NCBI GenBank assembly: GCA_021373015.1
Contig: JAJFTJ010000005.1
Location: forward strand, 225,072 to 289,071
Reading direction: 5' to 3'
Origin: Nitrospiraceae bacterium
Lineage (GTDB): Bacteria > Nitrospirota > Thermodesulfovibrionia > Thermodesulfovibrionales > UBA1546
DNA length: 64,000 nt
Every line of letters begins with the position of its first letter. Within the stretch, counting starts at the first letter, position 1. The translations under genes were made by a program, and so were the position numbers. Positions 38,032-46,655 of the stretch are shown one piece after another. Below the pieces are notes generated by a model. The model did no database searches, was not told where the DNA came from, and saw only the letters and a list, made by a program, of their open reading frames with translations.

Positions 38032-39234
38032 TTATGTCCTGTAGCTGGCATTAACCTTAATATATTCTTCTGTCAAATCACAGGTTAAAACCTTTGCAGA
38101 TGCCCTGCCTTTATTAAGGTTAACAATTAGTTTTATCTCATTATTATTCTTTAGATATTTTTCTGCCAGCTTGTCTTTGTTTGTTGAGATGCCTTTTGAG
38201 GCTACTTTTACATTGCCAATAAATATATCGACCTTGTTTTCGTCAAAAGCTATTTCAGAATACCCGATTGCAGCCATGATACGTCCCCAGTTTGCATCAT
38301 TGCCATAAACTGCAGTTTTTACAAGATTAGAATTAGCAATTGAAAATGCGGCTGTTTCTGCTTCTTTTTCATTTGATAAACCTTTAACCTCTATTTCTAC
38401 TAGTTTTGTTGCTCCTTCACCGTCTTTGACTACAAGCTTCGAAAGCTCATATGTGATCTCATCCAGAGATTTTTTGAATGTTTTATAAACAGGAGAGTTT
38501 TTTGTGATTTCTTTATTCCCGATCATCCCATTAGCCATTATCAATACAGTGTCATTTGTGGACATATCACCGTCTATTGTAATTCTGTTAAATGACTTAT
38601 TTACAGAATCTTTGAGGGCAGCAGACAATGTTTTTTTCTCTACTGCAATATCTGTAATCATAAAACAGAGCATTGTTGCCATATCAGGACATATCATTCC
38701 TGCGCCTTTGCATATCCCTGCAATTATTCCAATTTTGCCGTCGATTTTTAGTTTTTTGCTAATAATTTTAGGGAAAGTATCCGTTGTCATGATTGCAGAT
38801 GCAACATCGTCAAACGTTGCTTGCCCCAGACCATTGGTGAGCTTGGGAAGTACAGATTGAATTTTCCCCATAGGAAGAGGAATACCTATCACGCCGGTGG
38901 AAGCGATATAGACAAGAGAAGGTTTTATTTTTATCTTAGCAGCAATAATATCTGCAATTCGGCAGGCATCTTTCATGCCTTGTTTGCCTGTGCATGCATT
39001 AGCATTACCGCTGTTTACTACTATTGCCTGACCTTCATTGGATTCAATCTTTTTCATATCGAGCTTAACAGGCGCTGCCAGTACTTTATTTTTTGTAAAC
39101 ACACCAGCAATATTTGCCTTTGTCTCTGAGTATATAAGAGCGATATCTTTCCTGCCGGGCTTTTTAATGGCAGCTTCTTCAACAGAAAACAAAAAACCTT
39201 TTATGGAATTTTTATGCAATTTGTCCTTAATCAT
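38032..39234 (-). CDS. argJ: Bifunctional glutamate N-acetyltransferase / amino-acid acetyltransferase ArgJ
   Basis: GFLFSVEEAAIKKPGRKD and the autoprocessing site PDMATMLCFMITD. Confidence 0.95.
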   Translation of the reverse strand: MIKDKLHKNSIKGFLFSVEEAAIKKPGRKDIALIYSETKANIAGVFTKNKVLAAPVKLDMKKIESNEGQAIVVNSGNANACTGKQGMKDACRIADIIAAKIKIKPSLVYIASTGVIGIPLPMGKIQSVLPKLTNGLGQATFDDVASAIMTTDTFPKIISKKLKIDGKIGIIAGICKGAGMICPDMATMLCFMITDIAVEKKTLSAALKDSVNKSFNRITIDGDMSTNDTVLIMANGMIGNKEITKNSPVYKTFKKSLDEITYELSKLVVKDGEGATKLVEIEVKGLSNEKEAETAAFSIANSNLVKTAVYGNDANWGRIMAAIGYSEIAFDENKVDIFIGNVKVASKGISTNKDKLAEKYLKNNNEIKLIVNLNKGRASAKVLTCDLTEEYIKVNASYRT

Positions 39235-39332
39235 CTTTTGTATTTTATACCTTTCCTTTTATTTTGCAAGCGATTTCTTGCGCTTGTTTTCATCCATGGA
39301 ATAATGTAAAATCTTGTTTTGAATTAACACGC

Positions 39333-40571
39333 ATGGTTAAACTATTTACATACATAAAAGATAAAGTTTTTATATTCTTTGCTGTGTTCTGGCAGTCTGT
39401 TAAATCTTTTTTAAAGAACGACAATTCTAATATAGCAGCTTCATTGGCTTACCATTCTTTGTTTGCGATAATTCCTTTATTATTACTTTTGTTTTTTGCG
39501 CTCAGCTTCTTTATAACATCCTCAAGAGCAGTAATGTCCAGAATTACGTCTTTAATCTCCGAGTTTATTCCTTATTACAGCGAGACGATTCTGCAAGAAG
39601 TTTATTCTCTGTCAAAACATCAAAGTATATGGGGGATAATAAGCGTTCTCACTCTCATGTGGGCTGCAACACCGCTGGTTAGCACTCTTCGCAAGGCTTT
39701 TTTTGATATATTTAAAATAGAGGAAAGGCCTTCTTTTTTAAAAACAACCTTGCTTGATATTGGAGTGATACTTCTTACTCTCACGATCTTTGTTCTTCTC
39801 AGCTTCACACATGTGACATTCAAAAGCATACATATTTTAGGAGAAAGCACCGCTTTTTACAATGCAGCGTCATACACTGTTACAGTGATGATAATATCCG
39901 TATTTTATCTTGCATTTGTCCCTGTTAAGACATCATTTCTTTACGTTGCAACTGGCGCCATTATAACGACATTTTTCTGGGGAATTATCAGGCCAGTATT
40001 TGGATTGTTTTTATCTTATAACCCTCAGTATGGCATTGCCTTTGGTTCATTAAAAGCATTGTTTATAATCATAATATGGATTTATTATTCGTTCAGCGTA
40101 TTACTCTTTGGCGCAGAAATAATTGCCAATCTCAGAAGAAAAGATGTCTTGCTTATAAAAAAACTGTTTTATGAAGATTACAGCAGCAAAACAAAATCCA
40201 GACTTAAGAATAAATTCGGCAAAAGCTACAAAAGCGGAGACCTGATTTTTAAGCAGGGGCAGAAGGGTGACGAAATGTTTTATATCCTCTCTGGTGGCGT
40301 AAGATTAACCTTGCCATCCAAATTACAGAATAACAATGAAAACGAACAAATAATCAGAATTATGAAAAAAAATGAGTACTTTGGTGAAATGGCGCTTCTT
40401 ATTGGCACTCCCAGAACAACGAATGCTTATGCTGAAAATGATGATACAATTATAATTAAGATAAATCCTCAAAATTTTGAAACTCTTTTAAGAGAGGAAC
40501 CAAAGATTGCAACAATGCTGTTAAAAGAACTTGCCCAGAGGTTAAAAAAAACCAATGAATTTCTTTGTTAA
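39333..40571 (+). CDS. YihY/BrkB-family membrane protein fused to a C-terminal cyclic-nucleotide-binding domain
   Basis: N-terminus SNIAASLAYHSLFAIIPLLLL plus about six TM helices (YihY pattern). C-terminus GDLIFKQGQKGDEMFYILSG...YFGEMALLIGTPRTTNAYA (cNMP beta-roll with Arg-Thr). Start ATG 39333 or TTG 39264. Confidence 0.8.
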   Translation: MVKLFTYIKDKVFIFFAVFWQSVKSFLKNDNSNIAASLAYHSLFAIIPLLLLLFFALSFFITSSRAVMSRITSLISEFIPYYSETILQEVYSLSKHQSIWGIISVLTLMWAATPLVSTLRKAFFDIFKIEERPSFLKTTLLDIGVILLTLTIFVLLSFTHVTFKSIHILGESTAFYNAASYTVTVMIISVFYLAFVPVKTSFLYVATGAIITTFFWGIIRPVFGLFLSYNPQYGIAFGSLKALFIIIIWIYYSFSVLLFGAEIIANLRRKDVLLIKKLFYEDYSSKTKSRLKNKFGKSYKSGDLIFKQGQKGDEMFYILSGGVRLTLPSKLQNNNENEQIIRIMKKNEYFGEMALLIGTPRTTNAYAENDDTIIIKINPQNFETLLREEPKIATMLLKELAQRLKKTNEFLC

Positions 40572-40576
40572 TTAAA

Positions 40577-41272
40577 ATGGAGAAAGATAACAAAAAAGAA
40601 TTAATACAGGGATTTCTTAAAGAGATGCCTATTTTTAAAAGCCTGTCCGAACCTCATATAAACAAACTTGCAAAAGACTTTGTTGTCCTTCAGGCAAAAA
40701 AGGGAGAAACAGTATTCTACCAGTCAGATCAAAGCACTGATCTCTATATTGTTCTTGATGGCTCTGTCAGGGCTTCATTGTTGAATCAGGAAGGCCAAGA
40801 GTTAATCCTCGCCGCATTCAAGAAGGGTGATTTTTTCGGGGAGATGAGTCTTCTTGACGGGATGCCCAGATCTGCAACAATAATAGCTGTTGAAGATCTG
40901 ATATTAGCAATGCTGAAGAGAGAGCTATTTCTTTCTGCTGTTAAAAATGATCCCATGATAGCAATAGACCTTCTTTCTTCTGTTGTGCAGAGACTTAGAA
41001 CTGCAAATGGAATGATTGAATCTCTTGCATTTCTGGATGTCAGCCAAAGACTGATTAAGCTGTTTCTGCAGATTGCTTCAACTGGATCAGAAAAAAATAA
41101 CGAGGGATTTCTGCGTATTGGAAAAATAACGCATCGGGAACTTGCTGCGAGAACAGGCGCATCTAGAGAAGCAATATCAAAAGTCATAAAAGTGCTTATT
41201 TTCAGAAAGATTCTTAAAGAAGATGAGCGGCATTTTTTCATATCTCCCAAGGCTGAACAGGAGGTATTTTAA
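40577..41272 (+). CDS. Crp/Fnr-family transcription regulator (cNMP-binding type, no Cys)
   Basis: FFGEMSLLDGMPRSATIIA (Glu and Arg-Ser of the cAMP pocket). HTH ITHRELAARTGASREAISKVIKVL with an Arg-Glu pair. No cysteines, so not an Fe-S FNR. Confidence 0.9.
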   Translation: MEKDNKKELIQGFLKEMPIFKSLSEPHINKLAKDFVVLQAKKGETVFYQSDQSTDLYIVLDGSVRASLLNQEGQELILAAFKKGDFFGEMSLLDGMPRSATIIAVEDLILAMLKRELFLSAVKNDPMIAIDLLSSVVQRLRTANGMIESLAFLDVSQRLIKLFLQIASTGSEKNNEGFLRIGKITHRELAARTGASREAISKVIKVLIFRKILKEDERHFFISPKAEQEVF

Positions 41273-41286
41273 TCCAAACATACAAG

Positions 41287-41298
41287 GTGAATTTTCAC
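41287..41298. promoter_or_regulatory. 12-bp palindrome GTGAATTTTCAC abutting -35 TTGACA; candidate Crp-family site
   Basis: Perfect half-sites GTGAA/TTCAC, 15 nt after the Crp-type gene's stop codon. Same 12-mer (reverse complement) as 30956-30967. Confidence 0.45.
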
Positions 41299-41327
41299 TT
41301 GACACTATATGATTATCTTTATACACT
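41299..41327 (+). promoter_or_regulatory. Candidate promoter of the exported-protein array
   Basis: TTGACA (41299-41304), 17 nt, TACACT (41322-41327). A second inverted repeat ATACAC-TTTGA-GTGTAT (41321-41337) overlaps the -10. Confidence 0.4.
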
Positions 41328-41403
41328 TTGAGTGTATGATTGCACTTTCAAAATATTAACGTAACATTTTGTTTTTAATAAACTTTTATAATGGAGGCTT
41401 TGC

Positions 41404-42162
41404 ATGAGAATTAAAATTTTAGCCATGACTTTCTTAGTGTCCTTTTTCCTGATGTATGGAGCAGCTTCTGCTATTGGTCTTGAGGCTGCAATAGGAGTTT
41501 GGAATCAGGATCCTTCAGGAGACATTAGTTACAAAGGGGAATCATTAAGCGTGGGTAATGACCTTAAGTATGATTCTGAGGTCAAGTTTTTCGGCAGGGC
41601 AAAGATAGAACTGCCTCTTATATTTCCTAATATTTATTTGATGGCAACACCGATGAAGTTCGAAGGAAGCGGACAAAAAAATGTAAACTTTCAATTCGGC
41701 GACAAGACATTTACAGGAAGCGTGCCTTTCAACTCAAAAATTCAACTTGACCATTATGACATATGTTTCTATTACAATCTTCCTTTTCTTAAGACCCTTT
41801 CTCTCGGCAAGCTCAATGCAGAGGTTGGATTGAATGCAAGAATTTTTGATTTTAAGGCTGAAATTGATCAGCCGTCAACAGGGATTAAAGAAACAAAGAA
41901 TATGACGCTTCCTGTTCCTATGGTTTATGTAGGAGCGCAGTTTAAGCCGATAAAGCTCTTTTCATTAGAGGCAGAGGCAAGAGGGATTGCATTTAGCGGT
42001 AACCATTATTATGACTTAGTAGCAAGGCTCAAGGTTAAACCTATAGGTCCGTTATTTATAGCAGGCGGATACAGATATGAGGATGTAAAGATTGACGAAA
42101 AAAGTGTAAAAGCGTCTCTGAAATTCCAGGGTCCGTTTGTTGAAACAGGGCTTGAGTTTTAG
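41404..42162 (+). CDS. Outer-membrane beta-barrel protein
   Basis: Signal peptide ...MYGAASA. Alternating strands. C-terminal ...FVETGLEF with terminal Phe. Confidence 0.65.
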   Translation: MRIKILAMTFLVSFFLMYGAASAIGLEAAIGVWNQDPSGDISYKGESLSVGNDLKYDSEVKFFGRAKIELPLIFPNIYLMATPMKFEGSGQKNVNFQFGDKTFTGSVPFNSKIQLDHYDICFYYNLPFLKTLSLGKLNAEVGLNARIFDFKAEIDQPSTGIKETKNMTLPVPMVYVGAQFKPIKLFSLEAEARGIAFSGNHYYDLVARLKVKPIGPLFIAGGYRYEDVKIDEKSVKASLKFQGPFVETGLEF

Positions 42163-42186
42163 CATAGAATAAAATAGAGGAGGAAT

Positions 42187-43356
42187 ATGTCTAAGAAAGC
42201 CATGAGATTAACTTTACTGTTTCTTGCAGTATCTTTATTCTTGCCTGTTGTTTCAAGTGCTCAGGTAAAATGCGTTAATTCTGAAGGAGAATCAGTGATT
42301 ATAAACAACGACATACCTTCAGCGAAGACAGAGGCAACAGCAAGGGCAAAATGGTCTGCTATTGAGCAAACAGTCGGAGTAGAAATAAAGGCACAAAGTG
42401 TTGTTCAAAATTTTGCACTGGTTGACGATGCAATCAGCAAGAATATAAAAGGAACAGTGCAAAGTTACAAGGTTCTGCTTGAGGACAACAGAAAAGATAC
42501 TTTCTGGGTGAAAATAAATGCCTGTATTGAGCCAACAAAAGCAAAAGATGCCTTGATGACCATGGCGCTTAACAATTCAGTTGCAGTATACATTCCTGCA
42601 AGAAAACCAAGGGTTATAAGCGAACATGATACCAAGAAAAGCAGTTACATACATACTAAAGATGAATATGACGAGACAAATTTTTTCTCTGAATCATTGA
42701 TTAACAAACTGCTTCAACAGGGCTATCAGGTTGCAGATATAGCGCCTACTCATGCAATAGAGGCTGCTGCTATTGACAGCGCCCTTAAGTCAGGTAACTA
42801 CATGACGTTAAGATCGCTGATGTACAAATTTCTGTCAAATGTTCTGATGATAGGCAAGATCGACTATACAATCTCGACCAAAAAAGGCGAAGATGTTGGG
42901 TATGGCATTAACATGCCTTTTTACGCTGTAACAACCAGGCTTACTTACAGGCTTATAACAAGAGATCAATCAGGAAGAAATTCTATCATTCATGCAGATA
43001 CTGGCGAAGCAAAAGGGCTTGCACTGAGTGTTGGAGACGCAACTGAAAAGGCGATTAAAGAACTCTCTGAAAAAATTACACCCACAATCCTTGATGTGCT
43101 TTCAAAGCATGTTGCCGGAGCTTCAAAAAAGATCAGCCTTAGCGTAAAAGGAGTCAGCGATATAAACACAAGCTTCAGGGTGAAAGAGATATTGCAGAAT
43201 ACAGCATGGGTCACCTCTGTGGAGGAGAAATCACTTGGAGAATTTCTTGTTGGTTATCCTGAAAATATTGTATATCTGATTAATAGTCTTTCGCAGAAAA
43301 ATTTTAAGATTTCTAATTTCACAGGCTACTCAGCAACTATGGAATACAGACAATAG
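42187..43356 (+). CDS. Exported protein with LPP20/FlgT-N-like N-terminal domain
   Basis: Signal peptide ...PVVSSA. SEGESVI...AKTEATARAKWSAIEQTVGVEIKAQSVV pattern. A middle alpha/beta region and C-terminal beta domain loosely recall FlgT. Confidence 0.45.
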   Translation: MSKKAMRLTLLFLAVSLFLPVVSSAQVKCVNSEGESVIINNDIPSAKTEATARAKWSAIEQTVGVEIKAQSVVQNFALVDDAISKNIKGTVQSYKVLLEDNRKDTFWVKINACIEPTKAKDALMTMALNNSVAVYIPARKPRVISEHDTKKSSYIHTKDEYDETNFFSESLINKLLQQGYQVADIAPTHAIEAAAIDSALKSGNYMTLRSLMYKFLSNVLMIGKIDYTISTKKGEDVGYGINMPFYAVTTRLTYRLITRDQSGRNSIIHADTGEAKGLALSVGDATEKAIKELSEKITPTILDVLSKHVAGASKKISLSVKGVSDINTSFRVKEILQNTAWVTSVEEKSLGEFLVGYPENIVYLINSLSQKNFKISNFTGYSATMEYRQ

Positions 43357-43378
43357 CTATGAATGGGAGGGGATTTTA

Positions 43379-44353
43379 ATGAAAAGAGTTTTTCTTTTTT
43401 TCTTAGTAATTGCGCTGGCATTAAGCTTTGCCATAACAACTACATCTGAAGCAGCCAAGAAAAAAGTTGCAGTACTTGATTTCGAATACGGCACGATAAC
43501 TGACAGATGGTGGCCGGGCTCATGGAATATAGGCAAGGGAATCGCTGATATGATGGTTACACAACTCGTAAAGGATGGCACATATTCTGTAATTGAGAGA
43601 AAAAAACTTGATGCGATTATTAGCGAACAGAAGCTTGGAGCAAGCGGACTTGTTGATGCTTCCACGGCTGCACAAATTGGAAAGATACTCGGTGTTCAGT
43701 ATGTAATTATAGGTAGCATTACTCAGTTCAGCATTGATACATCAGAAATAGGGCTTGGCGGTATTGGTGCAAAGTTTGGGTTTGGCGGAGCCGGCGTATC
43801 AAATACCGTTGCTAAGGTTTATATTGACGCAAGGATGATCGATACCACTACTGCTGAGATCATCGGCGTTGCTGAAGGCAAGGCCGAAGACAGTAAGAAA
43901 GGCCTGAAGCTTGGCGGTGGAAATTACAAAGGGTTCGGGGGTCTTTCATTTGCGAGCAAAGGATTTAATGAAACAATACTTGGACAGGCAACAAGACAAT
44001 GCGTTGCTGATGTAGTTAAACAGCTTACAGGCAAGGCAGCAACTTCAAGTTCAGACGGCGAAGATGCTCCTAAGACAGTGAAAGTAAAGATTGCTGACAT
44101 TGATGCAGGATCAAAAACAGTAATACTCGACGGCGGGAGCAGCACTGGGATATCAAAAGGCCAGACGCTGTATGTCGTGAAAGTAAAGAAAGAGATAAAG
44201 AGCCCTACAACAGGCGAAGTTATTAAACGAATTACAGAGACAGTAGCAGAATTGAATGTTACTGAGGTTGATAAAACCTCTGCAACTGCAACTATTGTTA
44301 AAGGTGACCCCCGAAGTTTCAAAGCAGGGGATGATGTAAGTTCAACAAAATAA
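43379..44353 (+). CDS. CsgG-family protein with additional C-terminal beta-rich domain
   Basis: KKVAVLDFEYG...IADMMVTQLVKDGTYSVIERKKLDAIISEQKL...AAQIGKILGVQYVIIGSITQF...AKVYIDARMIDTTTAEIIGVAEG. Signal peptide present but no lipobox Cys. Confidence 0.8.
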   Translation: MKRVFLFFLVIALALSFAITTTSEAAKKKVAVLDFEYGTITDRWWPGSWNIGKGIADMMVTQLVKDGTYSVIERKKLDAIISEQKLGASGLVDASTAAQIGKILGVQYVIIGSITQFSIDTSEIGLGGIGAKFGFGGAGVSNTVAKVYIDARMIDTTTAEIIGVAEGKAEDSKKGLKLGGGNYKGFGGLSFASKGFNETILGQATRQCVADVVKQLTGKAATSSSDGEDAPKTVKVKIADIDAGSKTVILDGGSSTGISKGQTLYVVKVKKEIKSPTTGEVIKRITETVAELNVTEVDKTSATATIVKGDPRSFKAGDDVSSTK

Positions 44354-44391
44354 CGATGCTTAAATTTAGTTTGAGATATAAGGAGGAAGAC

Positions 44392-45600
44392 ATGAGAAAT
44401 TCTTTAAGACTTTTAGCTGTAGTTTTTATTCTCTTATTTGCCTATGCATGTGCAAAACCGGTTGCAAAATGCACAGACCCTGAAGACAATCCATCTCACC
44501 ACTATTTGGTAGGAATGGAGAATCTTGAGAAAGGAAAGATCGATATTGCAAATGAGAAATTCGAAAGGTCGATTTTTTGCGATGCCAAGTTTTCTCCTGC
44601 ATATGGAGGGCTTGCAATTGTAACTGCTGAAAAGGCAAAGGCGCAGATTGATCTTAAGTTCAAAGCAGTAGAATCTGAGCGCGCAAAAGAATATCTAAAA
44701 AAGGCTGATAAATCAGCAGAATCGCAGGAAGACAGTTTTGATTACAATCTGGCTGTAATAAGAGTCAATACAATTCTTAAAGGTAAAGACTGGCTTAACA
44801 AAGCAGAAGATGCATTTAATGACGCTAGAAAACTCAAGGTTGAGGAAAAGAAGCTCATTTATTATCAGGGCATAGAAGCATCATCTTATTTTATAGGGAT
44901 TGCTTACCTTGAGGCTTCAGAATTCCAGAAAGCACGCGACAGGTTTTCAGAAGTGCTCAACATGAAGAGAGAAGGCAAGTGGAACGAAAAAGCTGACAAA
45001 GCATGGAAGCGCGTTGACAAAATTGTCAGAGCAATGTCAGGGATAACAGTAGGCGACGTCGGGAAAAAGATTGCTGTTAAAGAATCTATAACAAGAGGAG
45101 ATTTAACAGCTCTCTTAATTGATGAACTTAAACTTGATAAACTTTTTGCAGGACGCATCCCTTCCAAGTCAAAAGTTGACAAGATGAAAGCAGAATTTAC
45201 GCCTGCTGACATTATGAATTATCAGTTCAAAGATGAGATACTTACTGTCATGAAATGGAAGGTAAGGGGACTCGAGCCTAAATTTGACACGACAACCCAG
45301 GCATACTTATTTAAACCAGCAGAACCTGTATTAAGACAGGAGATGGCCCTTATTCTCGAAGATGTGCTTATTAAGCTGACTGGGGATGAGAAGATAGCAA
45401 CAGCATATTTTGGTCATGAAAAATCGCCATTTCCAGATGTAAAGCCGACAGCTCCATGGTATAACGCAGTAATGAACATGACATCAAGAGGGATAATGGA
45501 ACCTGAGATTTCAGGAGAGTTCAGAGTTGACTCTTTTGTTGACGGAGCAGAAGCGCTTCTGGCTATCAGAGTATTAAAACAAAAGATGAACATATATTAA
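44392..45600 (+). CDS. Lipoprotein with TPR-like N-terminal half and SLH-like C-terminal repeats
   Basis: AGGAGG RBS. Lipobox LLFAYAC. C-terminal FPDVKPTAPWYNAVMNMTSRGIM resembles an S-layer-homology motif (tentative). Confidence 0.55.
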   Translation: MRNSLRLLAVVFILLFAYACAKPVAKCTDPEDNPSHHYLVGMENLEKGKIDIANEKFERSIFCDAKFSPAYGGLAIVTAEKAKAQIDLKFKAVESERAKEYLKKADKSAESQEDSFDYNLAVIRVNTILKGKDWLNKAEDAFNDARKLKVEEKKLIYYQGIEASSYFIGIAYLEASEFQKARDRFSEVLNMKREGKWNEKADKAWKRVDKIVRAMSGITVGDVGKKIAVKESITRGDLTALLIDELKLDKLFAGRIPSKSKVDKMKAEFTPADIMNYQFKDEILTVMKWKVRGLEPKFDTTTQAYLFKPAEPVLRQEMALILEDVLIKLTGDEKIATAYFGHEKSPFPDVKPTAPWYNAVMNMTSRGIMEPEISGEFRVDSFVDGAEALLAIRVLKQKMNIY

Positions 45601-45624
45601 TCAAAAACAACAAAGGAGGTAAAA

Positions 45625-46590
45625 ATGAAAAAAATACTTGTAGTTGCTTTAATGTTAGTTTTTGCAATTGTAGCTATTGCTATTGCGCAGAATCAGCCAG
45701 TTCCACCGCCATCTGAACCTAATGTATCTGTACCTGCTGTGCCAAGCAGCAGCTCTAAGATTGATGACAGATTCCAGAAAGCAAACGAATGGCTTAATCA
45801 GAGCAAACTCACAGTTACAGAAAATCAGACAGATGCATTTGTGAACGGGTACATACTGGTTGTTGCTGAAGGACTTCCTCAACCAGATGCAACCTCAATT
45901 GGCAAGAAGAGACTTACCGCAGAAAGAGCTGCGGAGGTGCTTGCCTACAGAAAACTCGCCGAGTTTTTGGATGGAGTGGCAGTTATCGGAGACACATTAG
46001 TAAAAGATGCTGAACTCAAATATGATGTTGTAAGGGCAGCAGTTGCAGGTTTTGTAAAAGGCGCTCAGGTTGTTCATAAGGAATATAACAAAGAAGAAGA
46101 AACAGCGCTTGTTATAATGAAAGTCGGGTTAAATGGCCCTGGAAGTTTTGCAGACGCAATGTATGCCAAAATACTCCAGCCTGATGTAAAAAAAGATCTC
46201 CAGCCCACACCAATCCCCCAGTACAAACATAAACCTGTGCCATTGGACAGCGTGTATGACAGTCTTATTATCGATGCAACTAAACAGAATTTTAGACCTG
46301 CATTGATAAACAGACTCTTCACAACAAAAGGAGAGGTCATATATGACCCTTCAAAGATCAGCCAGAAGGTATTGGTTGAGCAGGGATGCGGTGAATACAC
46401 AAACAGTGTTGACAAGGCAAAAGCAGCGCTTGAACAAAGAGGAGCAAAAAATCCTTTGATCATTCAAGCATCCGGTTCAGTAAATCCATCTGACCTTCAG
46501 GTTTCTGATGATGACGCAGTCTCGATATTCTCTGCCAATCAGAAATCAAGATTTCTGTCTGCTGCAAAAGTAGCTTTTGTATTAAAATAA
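45625..46590 (+). CDS. Exported LPP20/FlgP-like domain protein
   Basis: Signal peptide ...AIAIA. VVAEGLPQPDATSIGKKRLTAERAAEVLAYRKLAEFLDGVAVIGDTLVKD...VAGFVKGAQVV matches the LPP20-family pattern as I recall it. Confidence 0.6.
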   Translation: MKKILVVALMLVFAIVAIAIAQNQPVPPPSEPNVSVPAVPSSSSKIDDRFQKANEWLNQSKLTVTENQTDAFVNGYILVVAEGLPQPDATSIGKKRLTAERAAEVLAYRKLAEFLDGVAVIGDTLVKDAELKYDVVRAAVAGFVKGAQVVHKEYNKEEETALVIMKVGLNGPGSFADAMYAKILQPDVKKDLQPTPIPQYKHKPVPLDSVYDSLIIDATKQNFRPALINRLFTTKGEVIYDPSKISQKVLVEQGCGEYTNSVDKAKAALEQRGAKNPLIIQASGSVNPSDLQVSDDDAVSIFSANQKSRFLSAAKVAFVLK

Positions 46591-46598
46591 TTTTCATA

Positions 46599-46634
46599 TT
46601 GACTGCCTTGTTTTTTAAAAAACAAGGCAGTCAA
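46599..46634. repeat. 36-nt perfect palindrome / hairpin between two array genes
   Basis: TTGACTGCCTTGTTTTTT|AAAAAACAAGGCAGTCAA read directly. Begins 9 nt after the 45625 ORF stop and ends 7 nt before CAGGAG, the RBS of ATG 46656. Confidence 0.85.
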
Positions 46635-46655
46635 TTAAAACAGGAGCATTTAAAA

